A stretch of DNA of 61,191 bases, filler included, from Piptocephalis cylindrospora (Eukaryota), in the NCBI GenBank assembly GCA_003614145.1. It is 8 parts of 8 records of this genome, joined end to end, with 100 filler letters (N's around TTAATTAATTAA, not from the genome) between each part and the next. Parts side by side here need not be neighbours in the genome. Positions count along the whole stretch, not along the records: positions 23,056 to 30,628 come from KZ988196.1; positions 30,729 to 38,297 come from KZ988197.1; positions 38,398 to 45,943 come from KZ988199.1; 5 more parts are not named here. One strand, given 5' to 3'. The notes under the pieces are model-generated. The model saw nothing but the letters and a program-made list of their open reading frames with translations, did no database searches and was not told the DNA's origin. Below are positions 26,360 to 38,982 of the stretch, piece after piece (the stretch's first letter is position 1; each line of letters begins with the position of its first letter). Made by a program: the position numbers and the translations under genes.

Positions 26360-26443
26360 TCCGGAAAGCCAGATTCGAACTAGCGACCTATGGATGACAG
26401 CAATTCTTACAGTCCACCGCTCTACCAACTGAGCTATTTCCGG
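26360..26443 (-). tRNA. tRNA-Tyr(GTA) with 11-nt intron
   Basis: CCGGAAA/TTTCCGG acceptor stem, GCTC-AGTTGGTA-GAGC D arm, anticodon GTA at 26410-26408, intron 26396-26406 at 37/38, GCTAG-TTCGAAT-CTGGC T arm, downstream T8 terminator. Confidence 0.96.
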
Positions 26444-27230
26444 GTTAAATTTTGTAAAAATTTGATTATGAAAAGACAAGTTATAATTCATGGATATGCC
26501 TTTATAATGGTGAGTAAGTTAGAAGGTGATGGTAGTGATGGCGGTGATGGCGGTGACGAAGGTGATGATGATGGCAGTAGCCCCTCATAGGCAAAATCTC
26601 CCCCCCTGTTTTCCATTCCTCTCTTCTCAATGATCTCATGTGGGTTCTGTCCACGCTGTATGGGCTCTAATTTAAAATATATGCCAAATTTGCAAGAAAC
26701 CTCATTTTTTCCATTCCATTCATCCCCACAATGATCTTTTGTATGAGGGCTTCCCACCCTGTATGGAAGCATGATTAAAATCGATGTCAGATTTGTAAAA
26801 CTAAAAATAAAACGACTATAAGAGACGAAACCCCTACATTAGCCTTCCCTAGCTCCAGTGTCCTTTTTGGGGTGTTTCGCATCATGTCCCCTCGACACTC
26901 AAATACCTTATGGTAGTGAAAAGCTCATTCCGTTCTACGTCTCTTTATGCGTCCTCTGTTTTCTATCTCGATGTTTCTCTGACACACTCGGATCCTTGGG
27001 AGCCATATTTTTTTCTTCTCTCCTTGGCCCAAAGTAATGAGAGTAACAAACTGATCACTCTATGACACAATGGTCAAAGGTGTGTAATCCTTCTCTATAA
27101 ACAACAACTTTGATGTGCAATGGATATAAAATCAACGTTCATTTTACTGCTTCATCATGACACACACACCCATTCTCACACACACAAACACACATGTATG
27201 CGAGACAAAGGAGGACACATGTACCCCCAC

Positions 27231-30225
27231 TTAGGCCTTGACATCAGTGGTGGTGGAGGAATCAGCGGTGATAGGGGCAGCACCGCGGGTCTCAAACTCG
27301 TGACGGGCAGCCTCACGAGCCAGGGCGTAGATGCGATCCTCGTTAGCACGGTTGTTGGCCTTGCTCTTGAAGATCTGGCCGGAGCAAAGACGGTTGAACC
27401 AGTCACGGCCATCGAGGAGTTGACGGACGGCATCGCAAACGATAAAGACACCAGCGGAGAAGAAGTAGACCTTGATGACTGTGAGGACGTAAAGGGACTC
27501 TCCGGAGAACCAGCCAAAACCGGCCATGAGGGTGGCGATGACATCGACGACAAAGACGGCAAGAACGAGCTCCCAGCTGGGGAGATAACTGTAGAAGGCA
27601 CCCTTGGTACGAGTGGAGAAGATCAGCCAATTCTGGGTGAGGACAATCTCAAGGAAGACGATGGAGTTGGTATGGTCCTTGAGATCGTCGGCAACGAGAG
27701 TGGCAGTGTGGATAATCCAGGTGCCGATGACCAGGACAATGGAGATGGCGAAGGAGAGGCCCATGAGGCCGGGGACGTTCCAGTTGACAGGGTGCTCGGA
27801 ATAGGGGGCACGGTCGTAAGCGATGGTGAGGACGGCAATATCGGAGAAAAGAGCGGCGAACACCAGAAGAGTGAGGGTAAGGTACCAGTCGAGGATAAGG
27901 ATGGTAAGGACGAGATAGATGACCAGATGCATAGAAAGGGCGATACGGTACTGGCAGTAGCCGCGCATCCTGTGGAAAATCCTACGGCTGTTGATGATGG
28001 CATCGATGATGACGGACAGACCGGGGGCGACAAAGACAATATCGGCAGCGGACCGGGCAGCATCGGTGGCGCCCTCAACGGCAATACCGACGTCAGCGAC
28101 CTTGAGGGAAGGGGCATCATTGACACCATCTCCAGTCATGGCAACAAGATGACCACGCTTCTGGAGGATATCGACGACCTGGTACTTGTGCTCGGGGTAG
28201 ACCTGGGCAAAGCCATCAGCGCCCTCGACAAAGTCATGAAGCTCGGAGCCATGAAGGTGCTCACTGGGAGTACCAAGACCAAGACGACCAGCATCATAAA
28301 TATTGGCGTGTCCGAGACCGAGTTGCTGGGAGGTATCCTTGGCAATGGCAAGCTGATCACCGGTAAGCATCTTAATACTGAGACCCAGCTCGGTGGCGCG
28401 ACGGACAGTTTCCTTGGTATCGAACCGCGGAGGGTCGTAGAGGGAAAGGATACCAAGGACCTGCCAGTCCTCCTCACCACGCTTCCAGGCGACACCGACA
28501 GAGCGGAAACCACGGCTGGCAAATTCGGCGATGGCATCCTCGTACTCCTTCTTATCACGGGGATCAATGGTGGTGGAGAGCTCTAGAACGCTTTGAGGAG
28601 CACCCTTGGCGCAGGTGACGTGATCACCATTGGGCATGACGACCTTGGAGGAGACCTTCTTGGAGACGGGGTCGAAGGGATTGAACTCGATGACCTGGCA
28701 CTGATCACCCTTCTGCTTGACGGTGGGGTGCTCGCGCTTGACGGCTTTGTAGACGCACTTGTCGATGGCATCACGGGATTTGGAGGAGCTGGCGGAAGCA
28801 AGGAGGGAAGAGAGCATGAGATCCTCGACAGTGGCGGTACCAAGGACAAAAGGATCACGGAGGGTGAGCTTGTTACGGGTCAGGGTACCGGTCTTATCAG
28901 AGCAGAGAATGTCGACACCGGCAAGGGACTCGATAGCAGAGAGCTTGGAGACAATAGCCTGCTTCTTGGCGAGAACCTGGGCACCGACGGCCATGGTGGT
29001 GGTGGTGACGGCGGGCAGGGCAATGGGGACGGAGGCGATGAGAAGGACAAGGACTTGATGAAGCCAGTGGACAAAGGGCTGACCACGGTAGTAGTTGGAG
29101 AAAATGGCGATGAAGAGGGAGAAGCAGGACATCTTGACGAGGAAACGACCGATGCTGTTGATGACCTTGGTGAAATGACCCTCGGTTTCGGCGCCGGACA
29201 CGAGCTTAGCGGCCTTACCGACAAAGGTACGGTCACCGGTGGAGATAACGATGGCCTTGCACCGTCCACGACGGATGGTAGAACTGGAGTAAAGGACATC
29301 ACCGGCGTTCTTACGGGCAGCCATGGACTCTCCGGTGATGGAGGATTGATCGACCTGCATGTAGACGTTATCACCGAGGATACGGGCATCAGCGGGGACA
29401 ATGTCACCTTCTTCGGCCACGAGGATATCGCCTAGAAGTGTGTGGGGAGAAAGAGTGTGTGAGACAGGAGGGGCGGCGACTCTGGGGTGTGTGTGAGGCA
29501 AACTTAGCACACAGGGAGAGTAACTTACCAGGAACGAGGTCACGGGCCTCAATGGCTTGCTTGGTGGAATCACGGATCACATCGGCGTTCAGGGCGAGGG
29601 TGGCCTTGAGCTGATCGATGGTGGAGCCTGCCTGGTACTCTTGGAGGAAACCGACGACAGCGTTGAGGAGAAGCAGACCGAGAATAAGACCGAAATCAAT
29701 CCAATCCTGGAAGGCACCAGCGAGAATGGCGGCGACAAAGATAAGGGACTGAATGGGGCCGTAGAAGTAGAGGGCGATCTGGAGGAGATAGTTCTTCTTC
29801 TCCTCATGAAGCTCGTTGTGTCCGTACTTGCGGACACGGGACTTGGCTTCTTGGTCGGTGAGACCGAGTTCGGCGTCGGTCTGGAGGATGTGCTCGGGAA
29901 GGGCCTGTTCGTGACCCTCGACAGTCTTGGTGGGAGCCAGACGAATCATCTCCTCCTCGTCGTCGGTAGAGGTAGCATCGCTTTCCTCCTCGTCTTCGAC
30001 ACCATCATCACCGCCGATGGCAGGGGCAGCGGTAGTGGCGTTGACGGACCTACGACGAAGCTTTGGGGGGTTGGGAGCCAGGGAGGAGGAGGAGCCTCCG
30101 GCGGCGGAGGAAGTACCATCGACGTGGACCGAGTCAAGGCTGGAGTTGGGGATCTCGACATCGTGGAAACTGTTGTTCTCCGCGGAGTCACCAGAGAGAT
30201 GGTGGTTGGAGGGAGGAGTGGACAT
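27231..30225 (-). CDS. PMA1: Plasma-membrane H+-ATPase (P3A), 2 exons
   Basis: DQSSITGES, PIALPAVTTTTMAVGA, CSDKTGTLT, KGAPQ, DPPR, MLTGD, MTGDGVNDAPSLK, DIAVLTIAYD; intron 29432-29528. Confidence 0.96.
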
Positions 30226-30628
30226 AGTAGTGTCTGCTGACGGTGATTGTTTTTAGCAAAGCAAAATTTTAATACGGGAAGCCTAATGAAGGATCAGGTA
30301 TGAGGGGGGGGGAGGGTAAAAGTGCAGGTGAATGCGATGTGCAAGCAGGTAAAAGAAAGGGGTGGCCGTAGGGTCAGATGCCTTTTGAATGGTGAAGGGG
30401 TATAGGGATGAGATGTAAAGGGGCGTCGAAGGGGGGGGGGGGATAAAGGGGGGGGGGGGGGGGGGGGGGGGGACAAGGGAGGGGGGGGGGGGGGGGGGGG
30501 GCCCCGGGGGGATAATGGGGGCCAAAGGGGGGGGTGGGGGAAAGGCGAGGGGGCCTGGGGGGGGGGGAAAATTTTGCAGGGGGTTTAGATTCGGGAGCCG
30601 ATGCCCTGAACGCTCGTCTGGAGCAAAT

Positions 30629-30728
30629 NNNNNNNNNNNNNNNNNNNNNNNNNNNNNNNNNNNNNNNNNNNNTTAATTAATTAANNNNNNNNNNNNNNNN
30701 NNNNNNNNNNNNNNNNNNNNNNNNNNNN
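30629..30728. other. Artificial contig-joining spacer
   Basis: N/TTAATTAATTAA/N. Confidence 0.99.
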
Positions 30729-33700
30729 AGCCCTGAAAGCATAAAGGGTGCCCTCGGGGGCCTCCATCTCTGGGTTCCAGGCACTAGAAATTAGGAAAAG
30801 GGCTATGGGTCAGCCAGCCATGTCAATGCAACTAAGTAACAGATAAAGATAGGCTTACCTCGCAGGAACCTCGGACTCTGGAGTAGGGGACCGAAGGAAG
30901 GCCTTCCAAGAAGCCATATCCTGGATCATCCGGTCAATCAAACCCTGAAAGATGGGGATTTTCTGCTCCAAGGCTTGCACTCTACGCGCCTCTTCCTCCT
31001 CAACACCAAACTCTTGAACCAGCATCTCCACGTCTCCAGATGTCGCCTGCTCTTCTGACCCACTCGTCTCACCATCCTTCTTCCCAACCATTGCCGTACC
31101 TGAAAGAAGGAATTCGTACTCCGCATCTGGGATATGAGTGACGGATCCAAAGCCTCGAAGACGAATCTGTGCAAGGATGAGGCCAAACATGGGGTGGTCC
31201 TCATGGAGAAGGGCCTGGGCCGCCCGACGGAAGGCAACGGAGAATAAGTCGGCCGACAGGATACGCAGTCGCTCCTCTGGATCGGTCACTCCGTTGAGAC
31301 GCGGGTTCTCCCCGAGGACAAATCGGAAAATCCCGTAGAAAAAGTCCAGGGAGAATTGGTAGTAATGATGCAGCTGTGAGAGCTGCTCCATGCCAAAGTA
31401 GATGGCTGAACAGGCTGAGGCGATGGGCGTGTAGACCCGGGTAGTTTCCTCGACTTCCCGCATAATCGTCTCGGTTTCCGCCACCTTAACAGCCACTTCA
31501 GCCGCCTCCTTCTTGAGCCTTTCCAGGGTACCGATAACATGATCATCATCGAGGATAGAGCCTGTAGAAGCGTTCAAAGCTGCCAACAGAGACTTTTCCA
31601 AGTGACGAAGACGAAGACGGAATTCTCCCTGTAGCTTGAGAAGATCCGTGCGCTTTTGATCAATATCTGGACGTTCGGCCTTGAGGACCTGGGCCAGGCA
31701 CTGTGATTGTAGGGAGCCGCGAGTCACTGTAAAGTTAACGAAGGTAACACGAGAACACACATCTGGAGGGAAGCTGACTGAGGGGTCACGTGTGGAGAGG
31801 AAAAGGGTAAATGAAGGAGAGAAATCGATATCCTGCCCGCCCAGACGGATCAAGACACGTCCACCAGTACGACGCAGCTCCCGATTGAGGACAGGGTTGA
31901 GGATAGGGTCCAAATGCTCAACATCCTGAATCAGCAACGGATTACCAAACCGCAAGGCCGATTCGAGGTTCTTGAGGAAGGCGTCATCCAGGAAGGAAGT
32001 TACGGTAATCTTACGTTCCTGATACTTATTGAGCAGGAAGGATGTGGCTTGACCCGAGGGATCAATGATCAATGGGTATCTAGATGACACAAGGGATGAG
32101 CAAGCAATTTAAATTCCACCACTTTCCTTTGATCAGCAACCTACCTATTGAAGCGCTGCAGCATGATGGCATTCTCGGTACACAAGTCATCCGAGGGTAG
32201 AGAGGCTTCCTGCCAAGCCAAGCGATCATCCGCCGTGGATAGATACTCCGTGAGTGATAGGTCCTGTTTGAATTGAATTCCCGAGTGAACAAGATGCTGC
32301 GTCCAGGCAGAGACCTAGGATAGATGGAGTAACGAATTGAAAAATGAGTCGTCTTTCCCTTGCGTTCCGCTTACCCTCACTTGTCAAATAAACTTACCAG
32401 GAGCTCACGATATGCTTGATCAAAGTATCCTCCATAGGCCATAAAGGCCGAGGAGAGCAAGACGTCACCCACAATGGTGCCCATCTGTACTTCAAAGGTC
32501 TGCGAACCAGCCTCCCATCGCTCCTTCTCTTCCGAAAGGGAAGCTAGAAGGGTCAAAGACCGATCCACCTTACCCTTCACTCGTTCCATCTCCTGCTTGA
32601 TCGCCTGCGTCTCCGAAATCAACATGGCATACTCATCTTTGTAGGTGGCAATGGAAGCTTCGAGCTCAGAAATCATCGTCTCCATCCCTCCAGCCTGCTG
32701 CTGAGTGGCTTCGGCCTCTCGCTCCAGAGAATCAACCTCAGCACGAAGGGGACCAATACGATCAAGAATCTCAGAGTAGTTCACCTGGGCGGTGACCCAC
32801 TTGACCAGGGGACCACAGGCACGGGAGGCGCGGTTCACTACATCGAATTTAAAGGAGTCGTTCAGAAGGAACTCCTTCTTCATCTTCTCCCGTAGGGACC
32901 GGGTCATCGCACGATCCGTGTCAAAGTTGATGATGGAAGAGATAAAGTCATCCCTACGAATTTGCTGTTGCACAGCCCTCCACGAATCGATCTTGTGACC
33001 AAGCAGGGTGCACACCGACTCCATGGCCAGTTTGACAGGTAGGGGCGGGTTAGCCATGGACCGTACCTCTGTCAACTGAGCCTTCTTGATGCCAGACACG
33101 GCTTGCTGAGCCTCCGCAACGGCAGGCTCCGCATTGGCCAAGTCACGCATGACCACTGCACGACGCTCCTCAATGGCTCGTTTCTGCACCTCCAGCTCAC
33201 CTTGAATGCGGATGGATGTGGACTTTTTGGACTCGGCCTCCTGCTGATCCGCCACCATTTTCCGCAACTTCTCATTTGCCTCTGAATTCTTCTTTTCCAA
33301 TTCCGACTTCTTCAGGGCCAAAGACACACGCAGCTCCTCCACTTGGCCAACCGTGGCACGCAACTTTTCTAGTCCAACATTCAAATGCCTTTGCTGCTCC
33401 TCCAGTTCCTCCCGTTTCTCCCGGAAAAGACGCACATAATGCTGGATAAAGTCCAGGAAATGTCTAGGGGTCACGTAATTGGTCTTTCCGTGTCTCCTGG
33501 CTAAGCGGACATTCACATCGTACAGTGATTGGTGGACATAGACCATTGCATTCACTACAGCATCCCGGTAGGTGGGAGGCATCGGTAGATCTCGATAGGC
33601 AACCATAAGGCTATGGGGCGCTTGCCAATTAGGCAGGTCCAAATCAAGAACATTGGTAAATTCTTTGCCAACCTAAAAGAGTAGAAGAGGAAACAGAAGG

Positions 33701-36700
33701 CATCAGACGATCAGTTCAGTATTAATAGAAACAGCCTATTTTCAACCGAATAGAGCAGTACACTTAGTAATAAAGACACGACTTACCTGGAAAAAGGCCT
33801 GGTCAGACCAATCGCCAAACCAATCGAGGACACAACGATTGAACAAGGCAGGAGAGGTGGCCGCTCGGGAGGCAAGTCCTCCCTCTGGTGGATTCATCGT
33901 AAATACCACGTGCAGGTTTCTTGCCACCTGGCCACGGAACCACTTGTACAGCTCCTCTCCAGAATCCAATAATAACCCTTCCTTCTGCGATGCCTCTTTA
34001 CATTGCGTCATCAATGTAGCATACTCATCACCCTCAAACAATCCGGGCACCTGGCGAAGGAGTGATGCACAAATTAACAACAAGAACCAACAAATAAAAA
34101 AAAGGTCACACAACTAACCTACCTCAGCATTGGCAAGAAGAGTGTTCATCCTCTCAAGGAAACCACTGTCAAGGACATTGCCTTCATCCAGGATAAAGCA
34201 AATCTTCTCACCACGGCATCCGGCCCGGCGAAGGACCGTCCGCAGATCCTCATCAAAGTCTTCGCCAGTGTATCGACGATGGGCCTTGATTTGGAAGACT
34301 GAAAGGCCATTCATCCATGCCACAAACCGGGATAGCGTCGTCTTTCCGCTTCCTGAAACACCAATAAGCAAAAGGTGTCCTTGGACCTGCCGGAACACAC
34401 GATCAATTCGTAGGACATGATCCAAGACATCGTTAAACAGCACAAGGGGCACATCCAGCTCCTCTTCATGGAACACCCGCAACCTAGCCTTGGCAAAGGC
34501 TCGAAGTTCCTCGCGCTCCACAGGAATGTACTCTCGGGAAAGCCAGTTGGAGTAGAGGATAGGCCGGGCAAGGGCCTCAGAGACCCCACCGGCCAGCTGA
34601 GGAAAGTGACGGGCAGCCACCTCATCCACCGCAGTATCAGTCCAATCACGCTCCTCATCTGTCACTAACCGATCTTGGAATAGACGAAGAGCCTCATGAG
34701 CCCACACTCTGACAAGTCCCTCAAGGGAGAGGGACTCGAGAGGTCGGATGGCCTCATGAATACCACGCATCCACCGAGTCAATTCACGAGGTGAATACAC
34801 ATAATGAGCCTGGGATTCTGGGGTGAAACGGCTCTGGGAACGAAGATAAAGCTCGACCATAGCCCCAGTCAGAGCATCAGAGTTACCTCGCAACGTCGGA
34901 TGAACCTTGAGCATGGCCTTGGCAAGCGTACCGTAGATCTGCTTGAGGGACAGTTCACCCGGGTAATCCACCAGGAGGAGTGGGGCATGTCGAAGGAACC
35001 GGGCCGAAAGGGGCACACGGCCGGGATCGGTGGGCGGGTTACAAGCACCCACAAATTGAACACGTTCCAGCCGCACCCAGGCCTTATCCGATGATCTCCA
35101 GAATCCCCCAGCTTCAATGAGTTGACGCAGGAATGACAAAACTCGCTGAGTTCCATACCGATCTTGGGCGGGCAAGTTGATTTCATCACAGAAAAGAACA
35201 AGCCATTTACCAAGAGCAGTTGGGGCAAGGACACATCCTCCACCCGGAGTACGGCGATACTCGCCATGCTGCTCGAGCGTCCGGAGGATAAGCTCAGGGG
35301 TAGTAGCCGAGGAGAAATTGAGGTCGACCACTTCGAGGGCTGGAAGTTTCCTCAACGCACTCAGCAGGGTCATGGTCTTCCCGGAACCAGGAGGACCACA
35401 GAGCAGGAGAGGTCGGTGCTCAGCAAGCCAGGCGTAAAGTACCTCTTCATGTCGCAGGGTGTCAACAGTAGGGATGACCACATCAGCTGATGATACCGCA
35501 TGAGTCTCCAGCTCGACTGTCGGCACCTTGCCTTCCCATGGTACCCACACAGCTTGAGCTCCTGTCGTTTCGGATTGGAGAAGAAGATCAAAGTCAAGGA
35601 GAGAGGTGGAGGACGTATCACCCGAATCTACGACCCCAGAGGGAACCTCAATACCCGCGGAATGCACAACACCAGATCGTATGAGATGACGGCCCAAGGC
35701 GGCACGTTGAGTAAGTTTGGCATCCCCTGAAAAGGCCCAAACTAGGGCGAGAAGGAGACGACGTCCTACAAAAATCTCCAAGGTGTCCGATCCAGCCTCC
35801 AAGGGGAAGTCGGGATGTCCAACATTATACTCAATCACGGCCCGCACCATCTTGTTGAGTAGGGAAAAGAGGGTGGTGAAGGCCCGTCCACGCGTCCATT
35901 CCATGATATGCTCCAGCTGGGTCTCTGCATATTGCAGGGCAGTCATGATGAGACCCAAGGAGCTCTGACTAGATCCTGCACCACCTTCTCCCTTGACAAA
36001 GGGTGGAGAAGCGATGACCTTCTCAAAGTAAGGCTCGAGAAGTTCGGCGATGGCTCGCTGTGCCCGCATTACCCGACCGCCTCCGCCACTACCAGCTCCC
36101 TCTTTACCAAACGTCGCCGCCGCATCTGCCGTCGCCTCATCACCAGCCTCGTCCAGCATCAATGCGCCCGTCCCGCCCTTACCCTCAGACCCAGCTCCTC
36201 CGCCTCCACCCAAGACGGATACAGACCGGAGCTGACCAAGATAATGAGCACACACCATGGGTAGCGTTACCACCTCATCCTCACTATACCACACCATTCC
36301 ACATCGAGAGACAGTCGCAAGCGTAGCATATCGGAGGGTCTCTACCTCAAAGAAAATTCGAACATTAGGGGGTAGCGAGAGACGCTCACCATTGGGTAGA
36401 GTAAGGAGACGGTTATCATCCAAGACGGAGTTGAGGTTCTCGACCCACTCGGGATCAACATCACCATCAAAGACAATCCAATGCCGCTTCTGCCCCTCAC
36501 CACGCACGTTATCCACGATCTTCCGAAGGATATGGGTAAAGAGACCATCGGTCCATTCACGTGTCGTCGCATCCAGGGTACCGTAGAGCTTCTCCTTCGA
36601 CATGGCCTTGGGATCAACCACATATGATACGCCTTCTCCCCCACCACCACCTGCTCCAGCCGTGCCCTCTACACGATCCAAGGCCGCCAACAGGACGGTC

Positions 36701-38297
36701 CAGGCTGATGATTTACCGGTCCCGCTCGGACCCACGAGCATGACACCATGATGAAGAGTTTGGATCTGATAGAGCTGCACCACCTTTTCTACCCATGCCT
36801 CACCCGCAACCAAGTGCCTAGCCGCTGCCTCCTCCCGAATCGCCTCTCTGAGAGAGGCCAGGGCTACTGGAACATACTCCACTCCCGGGAACACATCGGC
36901 CACAAGGCTCTGCAGCAAAGGAATATCCTCGGCCACAAGCTTGGGCACCAACGTCTCCCTCACCGATTGAATGAGAATCTCTTGCTCCGAATGCGTCCCC
37001 GAAGCAGAGGCCTCACCAGACTTGATCGCCTCTTGTAGCATATCACGCTTTAGATTACCTGCCGACACCAGCACAGACTTGAGAGCCCGGAGCCCAAAAT
37101 CATAATGGGATTGGGGAGAGAGTTGCTCAGAGCACAGGTGAAACAGGGGAACAATCTTACTGGCAAGCATCTCAGCACCCCGGAATCCCTGAGAGTAGAG
37201 CATAACTTGGGCAATCAACTCTCGATCCGGTCGGGTCATGGCAATGGATCTGAAGAGTTTCTTAAGATTGTCAGGCAGATTGGACCGTCCAGCATACCCA
37301 GGATTCATAGTAATATAGATACCAGTGCCCGGATGCACCTTGACTCTCTTCCCTACCAACTCCACCTCGGCAGATGGATCAGACATTGTGGCCTTGAGGC
37401 CTTCCTGGATAGTCTGAACTTGTTGAGAGACAGCAGATAAAATTCGCTCCTCCAGCCTATGTAGGGAGTGAAAAATGACATCAAAATGAGCTTCTGCACC
37501 CATTATCAGCCGCACAGCTCTGCTAGGGGAACTAAACTTACCGATTGAACTCATCAAAGCATCCCCAGGCGCCCACACGGCAAAGACCGACAAAGATACG
37601 ACCCATAGCCTGGAAATCAAAGGTATCATCACAACAAAAGACGAGGACAAATCGCCCCATTTGAACGCCAAGAGCCTTGACCGATTCAGTCTTGCCAGTA
37701 CCCGCAGGACCAAAGGGTGACCCACCAAGACGTCCCTCGAGGGCTTGAGTGAGCGTCAAGTAGCAACGATCCGTAAGGGGGGTTTGAACCAGACGATCCG
37801 GGACACCGAGGTACTCAAAGCCATATGGGAAGGAGGCCGAGGCCATCTGGATAACCAAACGATCCAAGGGATCAGCAAGGCCAGCCCGGTAGTAGAAGCG
37901 CATTTGGTAAAGCCAACCAAAGTCCTTGGTGGACCTACAGGACCTTTGGACAAGCTGACGAATGACATCACGTTGATGGACCAATTCCGTGATGAGGTGC
38001 TCACACCGACGTCTCTGCAAAATAGGTAGATCCGTAAGTACTGCATCGGCCAATAGGGTCAATCCCCGCTCCACCAGGCCTAAAGCTCCATCTTTGAGTG
38101 GTCCTTCGCCAGCCCCTTCCTCCGCCTTGACTAGGGCTCCCTCCACCGCCGAGGTCCATGCAGCTTGGATGGCCAGGACAACCAACTGTGAAGGATAAGC
38201 CGCCACCCAGGTCAATAGACGCTCGGGAGCAAGGTTATCCACCCCGGAGTAGTAAAAGCCCTCCAAATCTTGCACAGCCTCCCCCACCCTTACTGCC
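30729..38297 (-). CDS. DYN1: Cytoplasmic dynein heavy chain, internal portion (AAA1-AAA5 and stalk), cut at both ends
   Basis: P-loops [53 protein letters not shown]; stalk coiled coils; [12 protein letters not shown]; six GT-AG introns. Confidence 0.97.
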
Positions 38298-38397
38298 NNN
38301 NNNNNNNNNNNNNNNNNNNNNNNNNNNNNNNNNNNNNNNNNTTAATTAATTAANNNNNNNNNNNNNNNNNNNNNNNNNNNNNNNNNNNNNNNNNNNN
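38298..38397. other. Artificial contig-joining spacer
   Basis: N/TTAATTAATTAA/N. Confidence 0.99.
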
Positions 38398-38982
38398 CAG
38401 AATTTGATGACAATGATTGTGGCGACCTTTGGTCACCCCTATGGAGACCGGTACTAGACTTGTACCAGACTCTGGGATGGGTGATGTATGTTGGTATGAG
38501 GAGAGGTTGCGGCTATAGAATAAAGACCTCGTCTGCTCTTTTACATGGCTACTCTAATGTATTGTTAGGAAGGCGAAGATTCCAGTGGACCTTGGCTTCT
38601 ATCGAGTCAATGGTCCCACAATGATGATGAAACCCCTATACATTTTATCTCTTAATTAGATCAGAAAAAAGAATTTGATAAAATGGAAATTCACCTTTGG
38701 GACATGCATATATTTTCACGTTAATTTTTAGTGAGATTTCAATGATAGCCCACAGTAGAGAAGGGTAAGAACAACAATAACAGGCATGGCGGAGTCCATT
38801 GCCTCTTCACCACTCTGGCTCCTCCTCTGATCCGATTCTATTCACGAGCACAATCCCCAGGCCTTAAGCTCCTCTAGTATCAATACTCCTTTCCTGCTCT
38901 TCCTGCCTTCTTAAAAACAGAATCCGTATCAACACCACAGTTCACTCAAGAGCTTTCACTTTCTGTTATTCCTAGGACCAGG

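Noticed and set aside
27120..30240. Long plus-strand ORFs (488, 280, 227 aa) antisense to PMA1
   Set aside because: Expected shadow of the strong codon bias of a highly expressed gene; no motifs
30421..30570. G-run cluster upstream of PMA1 and the 80-aa poly-Pro ORF
   Set aside because: Near a contig end and homopolymer-rich; likely sequencing noise around a real C-rich promoter tract
37538..37728. N-terminus [10 protein letters not shown]... of the 1204-aa ORF
   Set aside because: Wrong-frame read-through of the preceding dynein exon and an intron; not a separate gene
38621..38650. ATGATGATGAAACC...CATTTTAT as a third retroposon copy or C/D snoRNA
   Set aside because: Similarity limited to about 12 nt, no hairpin region, TSD or suitably placed D box; may be the 3' end of a truncated spliced gene
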